63,823 nt of DNA, filler included, from Collodictyon triciliatum (GCA_043381765.1; 37 parts of 37 records of this genome joined end to end with filler, not necessarily neighbours in it); one strand, 5' to 3'. Shown: positions 37,630 to 52,575, counted from the whole stretch's first letter. Notes: generated by a model from the letters alone, not told the origin. Numbers and translations: made by a program.

Positions 37630-38773
37630 CCTCCTTTTTGAACGCTCTTTCCAATTCACCTGCGAGAGCCATGAGTCAGTCCACGAAATCATCGGGTTTA
37701 GGTGACTTTCTGCCTTATTATAGGACTACTAGCATATCTTTTTATCCTATTGTAATTAATTCGTTTATTTACATATACATACTAAGCCATTCGTACAAAT
37801 GATTCTCCTTATTTTGCTACAATGTTATTCCAAAGAATAATGTAAATGTAAACAATTAATAATATCGCAATTTTTTTACATCATCGGCCTATTTGCGTGA
37901 TCGTCGAATGAAACCTTGGTCAAGCAGCAAGCAATTATAGGGAATACATGCTAAAATATTTCAAATATCAGGTTCAGTATCGACGGAATGGCTGGCTGAA
38001 AATGACGGCAGCGTTGTAATCATCGACGCATCCTGGTATTTACCATCACATCAGCGCAACCCTGATGAAGTAAATCCTTTTGGCATAATCGTCATCATTC
38101 CTGAACATTCACTCTTTATCTATCGTTATCTGTCGCAATAGTTTCTTATGTCCGATGAAAACATCGAGATATGCAATTTACTGCTTCTTTTTCCTCGATA
38201 TTTCATTTTTGTATCGCAAATTTGATTTTTTTTTTCACCTGAATTATACGTTCACAATATTTATTATCAACACGACACATCGTTTTTTTAAAAGAAAACA
38301 CATACGTAGGAGTTTCTGTCTGCCCGAATCCCAAAAGCTTCACGATTTAACATCGATGTTGTGAAAGATGTCTCATCTCCATACCCACATATGATTCCTC
38401 CTGTGGATATTTTCGAGAAAGCTGTTGGTACTCTTTTATCTTTTCTTCTATACAAAAAATGGATCAATAAAACTCCAACAATGCATGCTTCCCCACCCTT
38501 TTTCACTTACATGAAAGTCCAAAAATTTAAGGACGATTTATTTTTTTCCCATTCCGTTCAAGTTAGTTATCCTCATATGTCCATATTCTACTTTGCTCAA
38601 CATTATGTTAAAATAATCCATAAAACTGGTGAAACAAAGAATCAAGAAAATGATAAAGCACATGAACTAAAAACTTTTACCTGTTAGGGGATATGGGAAT
38701 CTCCGAACGTGACCACATTGTATTTTATGATACAAATGGCTGGAGTGCTCAAAGGTCATGGTGGACGTTCAAG
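37630..38773 (+). CDS. 3-mercaptopyruvate/thiosulfate sulfurtransferase (rhodanese), 5' exons
   Basis: VSTEWLAE...IIDASWYLP..RNPDE|EFLSARIPKASRFNID...YPHMIP...|MGISERDHIVFYD...RSWWTFK. Confidence 0.9.
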
Positions 38774-39094
38774 GTAATACATACATACATACATACATAC
38801 ATACATACATACATACATACATACATACATACATACATACATACATACATACATACATACATACATACANNNNNNNNNNNNNNNNNNNNNNNNNNNNNNN
38901 NNNNNNNNNNNNNTTAATTAATTAANNNNNNNNNNNNNNNNNNNNNNNNNNNNNNNNNNNNNNNNNNNNATTGTCTATTGTCTATTGTCTATTGTCTATT
39001 GTCTATTGTCTATTGTCTATTGTCTATTGTCTATTGTCTATTGTCTATTGTCTATTGTCTATTGTCTATTGTCTATAGGATTTTAATTGCTAAG

Positions 39095-40250
39095 GAAATT
39101 CCTTTTGTACCAGTGGGACTGCTAAAAAAGCAGGAATGTCAATCGCAGCAGCCAATCAACGAAAGCGGTATGCATGATACTTTAGTCGTATTCTATTCGC
39201 AATTTAATCGTGAATATAAATCTCATCAGTCTCCCATAAGCAATATTTTAGTCCAAGGCACCCACAATTGTGTACAGATCTACAACCCAAATGTATTTTT
39301 AGGCTTTGGATGGTGGTTGGAGGCACCTCACTCGCAGCAGCAGCGGTATTTACTGGACTGAAATTATTTGAGGAAAATATCATGTTCTACTACACACCCA
39401 CACAGGTCTGCATTATTAATACATCACCCTTTTGCTGCCAATTTCTTTCTCCTGGACTCCTGTTATCTTTGCCCTCTGTGAATACATTCTTTTTGACTGG
39501 CGCCCATCTTTCTCATCTCAAATAATCCAATCATCTGATTAAACTGACCCTCATACGACGGCCACCGGGAGGCCACATTCTACTTGAACACCTGAACTTA
39601 CTGAATTGCCTTCTTTACTCTTCCAGTTGCTGGAAAAGAATCCTCCTGTTTCAAGCACCAAACTAGTTCGCTTGGGTAAGCACACATCATCATAAGAAGT
39701 TCAGACTGTATGCTCTCTCTTTTTCTCTTTTTTTTTTTTTTTGAATGAAATTATAATATGATAATATGCACTTTCAAATTCAAGGTGGCCTCGTTGTTGA
39801 AAACAGTATCGTCATGAAGAAGGGCACTCTGGATATCGAATTCGACGTCACAGATTTAGAGAATACTATTCATGTCAAGTATGAACTGAAACGAAAGAAG
39901 AAGACCAAAAGATACCCATAAACTAATCCTTGAATCGAATAAACCACATAAGATATCGCAAAAGAAATACACAAACTAATATTCTGCTAAACGTGAACCC
40001 AACCAGATTTTCCGGAATCCTGCCCGATCTCTTCCGTGAAGGCCAAAGCGTCGTCGCTGAGGGTTACGCCAAACCTGATGGACTGTTCTACGCCCGCCAA
40101 GTACTTGCTAAGCACGACGAAAAATACATGCCGAAGGACATCAAAGCGCAAATTGAAAAGAAAAAGGAGATGGGCTTGCTTGTAGACGAGTTCAAGCACA
40201 ACCCCGGAGCGGCTTCATCTCAGTCTCAGAAACCAAACTCGGCTGCATAA
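39095..40250 (+). CDS. ccmE: Cytochrome c maturation heme chaperone CcmE, nucleus-encoded, at least 4 introns
   Basis: [10 protein letters not shown] (TM segment), [11 protein letters not shown]|, [30 protein letters not shown] and the heme-binding motif [11 protein letters not shown], ending in TAA. Confidence 0.95.
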
Positions 40251-40439
40251 TAAACATCATCATCATCATCATCACCATCATCATCACCATCATCGCCCTT
40301 AACCATCTCTGTTGGCCGCAAAACCAGCAACCTTTCTTATCTTATTCGTTTTATAAAAAAAAAAAAAATCAACAGCAATAAAGGCGACATTCTAATGTAT
40401 CTCAGAGCATCATGCCTTTTTCAATTCCCTACCATTCTT

Positions 40440-40537
<98 letters not shown>

Positions 40538-40802
40538 NNNNNNNNNNNNNNNNNNNNNNNNNNNNNNNNNNNNNNNNNNNNTTAATTAATTAANNNNNNN
40601 NNNNNNNNNNNNNNNNNNNNNNNNNNNNNNNNNNNNNGAAGGTAAGAGACCGCTTCCTATGATTCATTCTCCATCAACCAATTGACATGATTATTTTCAA
40701 AAGACTATCATGACTCTCATATTTGGGACATCACGCCAAAAAATCATACTTTAAAATGGCTATATCATAGTTTACATCTTTTTCTTCTTTTTTTTTCTTA
40801 CC

Positions 40803-41935
40803 TGTTGTTATATGTGTGTTTAACAAATTGTCGTGTTGCTCGACTTTTATAGATTGCCTCCATCCATTCAATGAGTGTCACAGTCGCATCTATCGAGGTG
40901 AACAAATACGGACAATTTACATATACCCAACATAATTACGGCACGTTCAGGACACCGGTCCCAAATACCTCCTATGGCGCGCATACAGCAGTGGGCTACA
41001 AGAAAAACAGCGATTTTTATAATTGACAACACAGACATCTTTCTTTTCATCCCAAACGAAGGACCTTCTCCATCCCAATTTCTTTGACTGACGCATAGTC
41101 ATGTAGTCTTAATGACGCCAAAGTAAAGACGCGAAAAAGCAACAGAATATGCAAATAAAATAACCCGGCAGAATTTAATTTTGTCGATAATAAAACGAAT
41201 CTTCCTTTTTTATTATTTTAATTATGGTTGATTAAGTTGCATATCCAGTCAAAGACATAAATTGCGGGAGACGAAAAGTGAGTTTGTAGAAAAGTGAGTC
41301 CTATAGATAAAGGGAAATCTTATATATCTTCTTTCCTCTTGGTGGTTAATCAATTCATCAGTTGGCGAGGCTGATGCGAGCCGGCTGCATTTCGTAGATG
41401 CACTGCAGGACAAATTAATGCGTCAGCTTCACGTGTATAAAGAGAGAGAAATAGAAATCTCATAGAGAAGAAAAGGAGATGAAGGAAAGGTCTTGCTAAT
41501 GCATCTGGATGGTAAATTACACAAGCGAGTCCGACGTTCTACATTTTTGAAATCGTCCGAAGCCAGAAAGTATGACTAGACGGATTGTCATCGACAAATT
41601 TATTATTTAGCCAGGATATTACAAGCAGATACATCATATGTCGTGTTCATGTGGGTTCGGTGGAGGGTAAATGTCTCATATGAATGAGTGTATGAAGTAA
41701 ATGGAAGGAAAAGAAAAAAAAGGGATGAAAGGAATTATTTTTGAATTCTCGTGTTTACTTCGTATTGGGTGACAAGGCATGACTGAGCCTCATTACGGCG
41801 CTCAATCCAGCGACGATAAACAACCTCCAATTCATGCCGCGGAATCTTGAGGGTTTTCTCCACGCTCATCAGGGATGAGAGAGCGAAATATTCGTTGATT
41901 TGAGATACTTTCATCTTTTCGACGGTTCGCTTATC
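40803..41935 (-). CDS. Uncharacterised spliced gene, weak resemblance to Enhancer-of-polycomb-like proteins
   Basis: A clean exon (about 41760-41935) reads ...ELEVVYRRWIERRNEAQSCLVTQYE between AG and GT. The family call is tentative. Confidence 0.3.
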
Positions 41936-42304
41936 CTGAGTGAGAAGTAATGTTACATAACGCTAATATGGTATTCATCCCAGGACTTTTTTTTTGTCAT
42001 TTCATCTCATTTAGTTATGTTTCTGTTAATTTCTTTTCTTTTCTTTTCTTTTCTTTTCTTTTCTTTTCTTTTCTTTTCTTTTCTTTTCTTTTCTTTTCTT
42101 TTCTTTTCTTTGATTCTTCTTGTTTTTTGGTTTTTGGTTTTTGGTTTTTGGTTTTTGGTTTTTGGTTTTTGGTTTTTGGTTTTTGGTTTTTGGTTTTTGG
42201 TTTTNNNNNNNNNNNNNNNNNNNNNNNNNNNNNNNNNNNNNNNNNNNNTTAATTAATTAANNNNNNNNNNNNNNNNNNNNNNNNNNNNNNNNNNNNNNNN
42301 NNNN

Positions 42305-43870
42305 TGAGATTGAGATTGAGATTGAGATTGAGATTGAGATTGAGATTGAGATTGAGATTGAGATTGAGATTGAGATTGAGACTGAGATTGAGATTGAGAT
42401 TGAGATTGAGAATCTGTTTGAGATTCTGTTTGGGATTTTGATATAGTTCTATTAAGTAAGTTGTTATCAATTTTTCTTGTTATATACAATTGTATATATC
42501 CATTATTGACACATGAGCATGAAGCTTGCATTTTGATTATGTCATATGCTGGCACACACGTTGCGTTGTTTGGAACCTTGAAGTTATTGATGTCGGTGTG
42601 TAGGCATAGAAGAGATTCTGTTTTTTCAAAATGTTAGTACTAATGAATTAATCTTTATTATTTGTTCATTACCTTTCATTATATCGATTTCTGAATTAAC
42701 TTGTATTTTATAACTGTAGTTCTTCAAAACGGTAGTGGCATAGTCTCCTGTCTTTTTTTGATAAGCTCTCACAGAAAATATTTTTGATATTGACCTAATG
42801 AATGTTTAACTTTTTTGAAAAAAATCACTACTATATATCATAATGACGAAAATTGTGGTTTTATCGAGATAGTTTGATAGTTAAATTCGAATCTCACCTT
42901 TGAACGTACAATTCATTTTTTTTGTCGTCGGGCAAGATATATTCGTTGTTAAAAATATTAATCCAAATTATTGCACATTTATTATTAGGGCGTATATCTT
43001 TCACGTGTACTGCTGTGGTGTCGATATCAACTTCTAAGGCCGTGAGATTGGAGTCAACTTGAATGAAAATTTTGTTTAGTTATTTTATTGTATGAGAAAT
43101 ACATTTTCTTATATGTAATTGTTAAAAAAAATTACGTGCATATGAGTTCAATTGGTAGTTATCTCCATTGAATTGATAGTGCTCTTGACCACAGATGAAT
43201 TCAGATGTTTGTGATTCTGTGGCATTTTCTATTTTTATAAGCGTCAGTGGCGTTGTATTGAGACCTGTGTTTATTTTTCTAAAACTTGTATCTGACTGAA
43301 GGACCGCCAACAACCTATCGAAGGTTCGGTACATTTTCTGTGTATTTAGTGTATTAAGAAATGGTCACAATATCTTCAAAATTGCATGGATTTGCTTTCA
43401 ATTTGTGAAAATTATGTAACTCACGAGATAAGTATTCTCTTGTATTTTTTCACCCTCCAAAGATAGAGACACAATGCTTTGAACAATCTTATCTGTTAGT
43501 GGTATAACGTCACTTGCTGAATCAGTCATATAAGGGTCTTGAGTAACCAGATAAAGAACTGTTGATGCAGATTCTAGAGAATCTGGTGTCTTCGCCACAC
43601 CATCCCAAGCTCCGAGTGTTAAGCTCGTTATTTGACCAAGCATGATTCTCTTCTCTTCTTCGATTTCTGAAACATTCTTTTGAACTGGGTTGTTGTATTT
43701 AATTAAATTCAATAATTCTTATACTATAAAATTTCAAATTACATTATTTTAAAAATGAATTTTGGATTAGATTTTTATTACCAAGCTGCTGTAACAGTAC
43801 GGTCGAAGTAGAAAGCACAAAATAGCTATCATAGGCATTGAAAGAAATTTCGTTCATCACTGTATTGAGT
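42305..43870 (-). CDS. Probable large extracellular protein (spliced), Cys-containing segment running into an (SQ)n tract
   Basis: Several GT-AG-bounded exons. The last reads NNATCVPAY...ASCSCVNNG...SKSQTESQTDSQSQSQ up to the contig end. Confidence 0.5.
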
Positions 43871-44827
43871 NNNNNNNNNNNNNNNNNNNNNNNNNNNNNN
43901 NNNNNNNNNNNNNNTTAATTAATTAANNNNNNNNNNNNNNNNNNNNNNNNNNNNNNNNNNNNNNNNNNNNCATGAAAAAAAAAAAAAAAACACATGATAC
44001 TCCCAAAGGTACGTCTCATCGATGTGATATTTTGGGTCAACCTTTATCTTTTATTTCTCTGGGGGAAAGAAAAGGAAAGAAACAAACGCCATTCGAAAAG
44101 CTGTTTCATTCCAAGGATTAATATTGTTGTTGGATATTTAATATGAACTGCAGCGAAACGACAAGTACGCGATTCCTTTCGATGTTGGTTTTGTTGGAGA
44201 CTTTTCCCCATATCGCTTTCGGTTGGAATTCGATTTGTATTGTGTGCCCCACCGAACAGAATATAAATGACAATAAATTTTCTGGATTGATAAATATATA
44301 TATAATGGTGCATAGCAAGAAAGCAAATTCTCTCCTTGAAATATTCGACCATCAAAATAGTTTGTCCATTATATTATATCATATCTTCAATGACTCTCTT
44401 TCGCATGTTAACATATCTCAATTACATTGAATTTTAGTGTTGTTAATGACAAATTAAAAACAATAATGAATGAACGAATAATCTTTTGTTTTTTTTTTTT
44501 AATATTGGTTCTTATTTATTTTTCCTTTTTCCTTGCTTCTTTTTTTTATTTTTTTTATTTTTTTATTTTTTTATTTTTTTATTTTTTTATTTTTGTTTTG
44601 ATATGCATCATTAACAAAACAAAAAAAAAGTGCGACTGTGATTCACCAAGCCTGATGCTTCTACGACTTATTTGTGAGCAATATTCGTGTAGGCATATGC
44701 AATAGATACGAGTATTTGTAAAATGATGTTATCTGCAATTATGCGAGGCAGCAAGTAATTTACTTTCATGTGTGCGTACTTCACGAACAAAGTTCCAGAT
44801 AAATAATTAATTGAATATTTGGAGGAT

Positions 44828-45273
44828 TTATTCATCAACCTTTTTGCTCAAAAGCTCCGTGTCACGAGCACGAAGATATGCCAGGCGATCAAGGGCAGAA
44901 CGGTCATCAAAGTCAGAAAGAGCCCAGGTCGGGTCAGGGGCTGAATACTCCCAACCTTCTCCCTCGTAACTTCTGGCATGAAGAAACATGTCCAAGTCAG
45001 GTGGTGTTGGGTCTTTCCAAGGTCTTTGGCATGAAGCACATTTGGATTCCCACCAATCGGCTCTCTGTGGTTCTCCACTTTCTTTTTCTAGACCAAGGGC
45101 AGCCGACTCGCTGGGCTTCCTGCCTTCTTCTCTGACTTCGGTCTCAAGCTCAGGCTCGTCTCCATCAGCCCCGTCTTGAAATCCTCCCCTGCTCGTTCTC
45201 TCCTTCTTCTGAGACTTCATCAAGGCCAATCTCTCAGGTCTTGCATAAAGCGGGTCATTGATAATTGGGAATC
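44828..45273 (-). CDS. RluA-family pseudouridine synthase (RPUSD2/Rib2-like), last exon
   Basis: GFPIINDPLY...CASC...DP...MFLHARSYEG..W.Y...P.WA, ending in TAA. Confidence 0.85.
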
Positions 45274-45635
45274 CTGAGTGATTTGTGAAAGATTCAATAA
45301 GTATTTAGATAGTAAGTTGTTTGGTCATTCTTTTTAAACGCTATGTTTTCTGGTCAAGAAAGAAAATTGCACATCGGCACTCTTTTTATAAGTTTTATCC
45401 TCGTGCATAGGCTATCGCTCGAGTTTTACTTTTACAATGCTCTTTTTATGCTCTTTTTATGCTCTTTTTATGCTCTTTTTATGCTCTTTTTATGCTCTTT
45501 TTATGCTCTTTTTATGCTCTTTTTATGCTCTTTTTNNNNNNNNNNNNNNNNNNNNNNNNNNNNNNNNNNNNNNNNNNNNTTAATTAATTAANNNNNNNNN
45601 NNNNNNNNNNNNNNNNNNNNNNNNNNNNNNNNNNN

Positions 45636-45740
<105 letters not shown>

Positions 45741-45861
45741 GTAAATAGATAGGTTTCAAAATGCCTCATTCGTTTGATTGGTCCACAAACATGCGTGTTG
45801 TATTTTGATGACAAGATATGGAAGAAGGATAAGGAGGGCCTGATTACATTTGCATGCTCAC

Positions 45862-47049
45862 TTCTACAACATGTACTTTTCGTTTCTCAGCAGTCATCTT
45901 TTCTGCTACGCGGTCGATAATCTCCTCAGTGCTCAATGATGGATTGGCAGCTAAAATATTTAAATCATGGAAGAGGAAATAAAAGATCCACAAATAGATG
46001 TAGAGATAAGAAACGAATCATGTGTAGTAAACATGACTTATTTATTCGCAGATGACTATAGCAAAATTATGATACAGTCCAAATCTTATATTTTTACTCA
46101 TCTCTCAAAAATCACCAATTGTTTGAGTCAAATGAATTAATAACACAAGAATAAATATTGGTTTAAAAAAATAAAATTAGTCACGGGCGTAATTGAAGTA
46201 TTATTAGATCAATTCAAATAGTAAGGAATTGCAAAATACCCTGAATCTTAATTCGCTCCTGCTCAACTTCTGCAGCCAACTTCTCCATGGCGAACTCCTC
46301 TTCAGCTCCTCCAACGATGACTTTTGGGAGCAAGTGTGCATTGCCAAGGTTAATAAATCTGCCCCTTGTGATTTCACATATTCCCTGGAAGAAGTCACGG
46401 GCATATTTGTAACCACTTAATGCTGGCTCGCAGGCAACACAATAAAGGACGATTCCTCTTTCTTTCATCTATGGATTCATGCACATGTTTCAAAGGATAC
46501 ATTGAAAGATTATTTCACTATGAAATAATTTAAATGACCAATAGTAATGCTATTGAATTCTTCAATCTCCCACATAGGTGATTTCCATTTATTTCCTTGC
46601 CTGTTTTGCGATTTTGATGGGGTCGCGTCCCTCTGGATCACCATCAGGAAATCCATCTCCGTCTTCTTCCAAACCATGTGGAGGAGCATCAGCAATTATA
46701 ACGCAAATCTAATATTAAATATTTGAGAAATGAAACTATACAAATACGGGAATCACAACCCATGCAGCTTTTTTTTAGACCGGTAGATTTTTATCTTTAT
46801 ATTATGCTTGCTTTGATGTTATTTCTTGCTACTTAACTCTAGGAAATATCAAAGCTGAAATGGATCTACAGTTATAGAATAAGACTACAAACTCACTTTG
46901 AATCAAATAAAGGAAAAAATAAGAATACAAACAAAAAAATAACCTTGACTGAATTTTTTCTGAAGGAAAGTCCGAGAACTGCGTGCATTCCTGCTGTAAC
47001 TGCCTCAGGCCCATCGCCTCCGCCATTAGCTGACATGGTATCAACGTTC
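45862..47049 (-). CDS. VWA-domain protein (vwkA-type VWA), spliced, partial
   Basis: ANGGGDGPEAV, ICVIIADAPPHG, DGFPDGDPEGRDPIKIAKQ|MKERGIVLYCVACEP. Confidence 0.85.
46893..46917 (+). mobile_element. 25-bp retro-insertion with 15-bp TSD, in an intron
   Basis: TCACTTTGAATCAAATAAAGGAAAA between AATAAGACTACAAAC (46878-46892) and AATAAGAATACAAAC (46918-46932). Confidence 0.75.
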
Positions 47050-47119
47050 CTATTGATTGAATACGTACTCAATGACTGTAACAAACATATTCAATAACTC
47101 AAAAGGGATATGGATGGAG

Positions 47120-47199
<80 letters not shown>

Positions 47200-48244
47200 N
47201 NNNNNNNNNNNNNNNNNNNNNNNNNNNNNNNNNNNNNNNNNNNTTAATTAATTAANNNNNNNNNNNNNNNNNNNNNNNNNNNNNNNNNNNNNNNNNNNNT
47301 TTTCTTTTTCTTTTTCTTTTTCTTTTTCTTTTTCTTTTTCTTTTTCTTTTTCTTTTTCTTTTTCTTTTTCTTTTTCTTTTTCTTTTTCTTTTTTTTCTAT
47401 TGCCTGGGAATAACTGTGGGATTGATGATTATGTTCGTTGCATGCATATAAAAAGATATCTAATTTTCCAATAGAACACTCAATCCAAACATTCCAGCAA
47501 GAACGAACTCGATTTTCTCAATGCTAGCACTACCACTGTCGTATGAATTGTCAAGCATATTTTTTCTAATGCCCATGTCACTCAGTCGCACCTAACTGAA
47601 TCGTCCGTTTCTTACTCTTTTGCTATTACCATCGAACAAATGGGTATCAAACTCATCCTCCTTTTCGCACGGATTTAGGTGTTGAAGAAGCAGCTTTCTG
47701 AAGCCCAACAACGATATCTCGAGAATCTGGGGTCAGACGACTGAAGCGACCTCCACTTTTCTCGTAAGCTCCGCGCACAGGAACCGCCAGCGGTCACAAC
47801 TAAACTAGAACTAGTAGAAGGAAAAGAAAAAAAAAAAGGAAATAATCTCACCCGAATTGAATTCCGGTCCATTCACCACAATCCCGACCCAGCTAGCGCT
47901 TCACGCAATCCTTTGTTTCTCACACCCACAAACTTATTACCTTCCGCCCGCTAGTCCGTGTAAATAAAGTGCCTCGCGCCAGATACAACCCAGACGCTGG
48001 TGCCTGTTATAAATTGCGCGACGCTGGTTCTCAACGAGAAATATGTAATTTCCAGATTGGACTTCTTTACAGGCATCGCCTCCAACTAAAATTCTATTCG
48101 TGGAAAATACATGCGCGGCCACTGCAAACAGATTAATCCGCCCCTCAGAACAACACAACAAAGCAGCCGCCAAAGCAGCCTTCTCCCACACACAAAACCA
48201 AAACTCCAGCGTAACGCACAATACTAACAGGCCGGCGGGTCAAG

Positions 48245-48570
48245 ATGCACTCTCTTTTACGACAGACCATGAGCCGACCAACAGTGGTCTCGTCGGCCTC
48301 ATCCCTGGCCCGAGCGGCCTTGTTCACCGCAAGTGCGTCCCTCAACTCGGCGCCACAAGGAACAGCAAGCTTGGCCTCGTCGCAAGTGCCTATTCTCTCA
48401 GCAGCTGAGAGAAAAGCGCAGAAGATGGCCGAGAATCGTCGTCAGTTGATCGCCACGCTTCTTGGAAAGCGCCCCAAGAAAGAGGTCGTGCAGACGCCGC
48501 CTCCGCCGCAGCTGAGCACAACAAGCTCGCTGCAACTTTCTCTTGAGCAGCCAGGAGTTCTTGTGGATAG
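48245..48570 (+). CDS. Exon of an uncharacterised Ser/Ala-rich protein
   Basis: GC-richer open frame ending at AG|GTTGGG before an intronic microsatellite. Confidence 0.4.
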
Positions 48571-49172
48571 GTTGGGAGCCTTTATATTATTATTATTTTA
48601 TTATTATTAGTATTAGTATTATTATTATGAGTATTATTATGAGTATTATTATGAGTATTATTATTATGAGTATTATTATTATGAGTATTATTATTATGAG
48701 TATTAGTATTATGAGTATTAGTATTATGAGTATTAGTATTATGAGTATTAGTATTATGAGTATTAGTATTATTATTATGAGTATTATTATTATGAGTATT
48801 ATTATTATGAGTATTATTATTATGAGTATTATTATTATGAGTATTATTATTATGAGTATTATTNNNNNNNNNNNNNNNNNNNNNNNNNNNNNNNNNNNNN
48901 NNNNNNNTTAATTAATTAANNNNNNNNNNNNNNNNNNNNNNNNNNNNNNNNNNNNNNNNNNNNTTTTTTTTTGCTTTTTGTCAGACTCTAGACGTTTTAT
49001 AAAAATAAAATAGAAAAACACTCACGGTTAAGTGCTGCATAAAATACAACGTGTCAGAGCTTTGTAGCTCCCCCGGCTTGTCGTTTCTGGGCTGGGGTAA
49101 GCTTGGTTTACATAATAAATTGTTTTAATATTATTCGATACAGGCAGCGACTATCATCCCTCAGTGCTCTTC

Positions 49173-50088
<916 letters not shown>

Positions 50089-50628
50089 GGCACCCTCAAC
50101 TTACGTCCTCCTGCAAATCCTCCACAATCGTTCCCTTTTTTTTCTTTTTCTTTTTTTCTTTTTTTCTTTTTTTTCTTTTTTTTCTTTTTTTTCTTTTTTT
50201 TCTTTTTTTTTTTTTTTTCTTTTTTTCTTTTTGTCTGCTAGTTTTAACCATTCACAAACAACGAGCAATATTTCTATGCTGCCTTCGTGTTGGTGCAGCG
50301 TCTTGTTGAGAGCGAGAAATTGTCTTCCATTTCCTGATAAGGAGTAAATAAAGGAGATGAGGAGGGAAAAGGCCTTCTAAGCAACTATACTTTTTCGCTG
50401 CGAATTTTACTTTATTACGTGTTGTTGATATTTTATCTTGACTTTTCTTTTTTTTAAAAAAAAAATCAGATTTTTTTGTTTTGATTTAGTTTTCCTTTTC
50501 TTTTTTTTAAAAAAAAAAAAATTATGGNNNNNNNNNNNNNNNNNNNNNNNNNNNNNNNNNNNNNNNNNNNNTTAATTAATTAANNNNNNNNNNNNNNNNN
50601 NNNNNNNNNNNNNNNNNNNNNNNNNNNG

Positions 50629-52190
50629 TCTCAGTCTCAGTCTCAGTCTCAGTCTCAGTCTCAGTCTCAGTCTCAGTCTCAGTCTCAGTCTCAGTCTCAG
50701 TCTCAGTCTCAATCTCAATCTCAATCCCAATCCCAATCCCAATCCCAATCTCAATCTCAATCTCAATCTCAGTCTCAATCTCAGTCTCAGTCTCAGTCTC
50801 AGTCTCAATCTCAATCTCAGTCTCAATCTCAATCTCAGTCTCAATCTCAGTCTCAATCTCAATCCCAATCCCAATCTCAGTCTCAATCCCAGTCTCAATC
50901 CCAATCCCAATCCCAATCCCAATCCCAATCCCATTCTCAATCTCAATCCCAATCTCAGTCTCAGTCTCAGTCTCAATCTCAATCTCAATCTCAATCACAA
51001 TCACAATCACAATCACAATCACAATCACAATCACAATCACAATCACAATCACAATCCCATTCTCAATCCCAATCCCAATCCCATTCCCAATCCCAATCCC
51101 AATCCCAATCTCAGTCTCAATCTGAATCTCAGTCCCAATCCCAATCTCAGTCTCAGTCTCAGTCTCAATCTCAATCTCAGTCTCAATCTCAATCTCAATC
51201 TCAATCTCAGTTTCAATCACAATCTCAGTCCCAATCCCAATCTCAGTCTCAATCCCAATCTCAATCCCAATCTCAATATCAATCTCAATCTCATTCTCAG
51301 TCTCAATCTCAGTCTCAATCTCATTCTCAGTCTCAGTCCCAATCTCAGTCTCAATCCCAATCTCAGTCTCAATCCCAATCCCAATACCAATCCCAATACC
51401 AATCCCAATACCAATCCCAATCCCAATACCAATACCAATCCCAATACCAATCCCAATCCCAATACCAATACCAATCCCAATACCAATCCCAATACCAATC
51501 ACAATACCAATCACAATCACAATCCCATTCTCAATCTCAATCCAAATCCCAATCTCAGTCTCAATCTGAATCTCAGTCCCAATCTCATTCTCAGTCTCAG
51601 TCTCAATCCCAATCCCAATCCCAATCCCAATCTCAATCCCAATCCCAATCCCAATCTCAATCCCAATCTCAGTCTCAGTCTCAGTCTCAGTCTCAGTCCC
51701 AGTCTCAGTCTAAGTCCCAATCCCAATCCCAATCTCAATCTCAATCTCAATCCCAATCTCAATCTCAATCTCAGTCGCAATCTCAGTCTCGGTCTCAGTC
51801 TCAATCTCAATCTCAATCTCAATCTCAATCCCAGTCTCAATCGCAATCGCAATCGCAATCTCAATCACAATCGCAATCGCAATCGCAATCGCAATCTCAA
51901 TCACAATCTCAATCTCAATCCCAATCCCAATCTCAATCTCAATCTCAGTCTCAATCTCAATCTCAATCTCAATCTCAGTCTCAGTCTAAGCCTCAGTCTC
52001 AATCTCAATCTCAATCTCAATCTCAATCTCAATCCCAATCTCAGTCTCAGTCTCAGTCTAAGCCTCAGTCTCAATCTCAATCTCAGTCTCAGTCTCAATC
52101 TCAATCTCAATCTCAATCTCAATCTCAATCTCAATCTCAATCTCAATCTCAATCTCAATCTCAATCTCAATCTCAATCTCAGTCTCAGTC
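50629..52190 (+). repeat. Hexamer repeat TCN-CAR, probably coding about 260 Ser-Gln dipeptides
   Basis: The 6-bp phase is unbroken and the SQ frame has no stop. The variants TCT/TCC/TCA/TCG and CAA/CAG are synonymous in that frame. Confidence 0.7.
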
Positions 52191-52293
52191 NNNNNNNNNN
52201 NNNNNNNNNNNNNNNNNNNNNNNNNNNNNNNNNNTTAATTAATTAANNNNNNNNNNNNNNNNNNNNNNNNNNNNNNNNNNNNNNNNNNNNTTA

Positions 52294-52376
<83 letters not shown>

Positions 52377-52575
52377 GTTATTATTATTAATATTAATATT
52401 ATTAATACTTCAGCTTAGGGTGTGCTATGATAAAGAATAAAATTCTCGTATAAAGTGAAATTGAGCGATTATTGCCTATCTTATGTAATTAAGGCTTCTT
52501 TTACTTTTTTTTTCTTTTCTTTTTTCTTCTTTCTTTTTTCTTCTTTCTTTTTTCTTCTTTCTTTTTTCTTTTTTC

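Noticed and set aside
39930..39943. TTGAATCGAATAAA in a ccmE intron as a fifth micro-insertion
   Set aside because: It lacks the GG(A)n tail and a convincing TSD.
41850..41876. CTGATGA...GAAA hammerhead-like core (minus strand; CTGATGAG also near 53963)
   Set aside because: No stem II can form, the first lies within a probable exon, and the second lacks GAAA.
50572..52176. Minus-strand (LR)n, (GI)n and (ET)n ORFs
   Set aside because: Repeat variants are non-synonymous or create stops in these frames. The + strand SQ frame explains the variation better.
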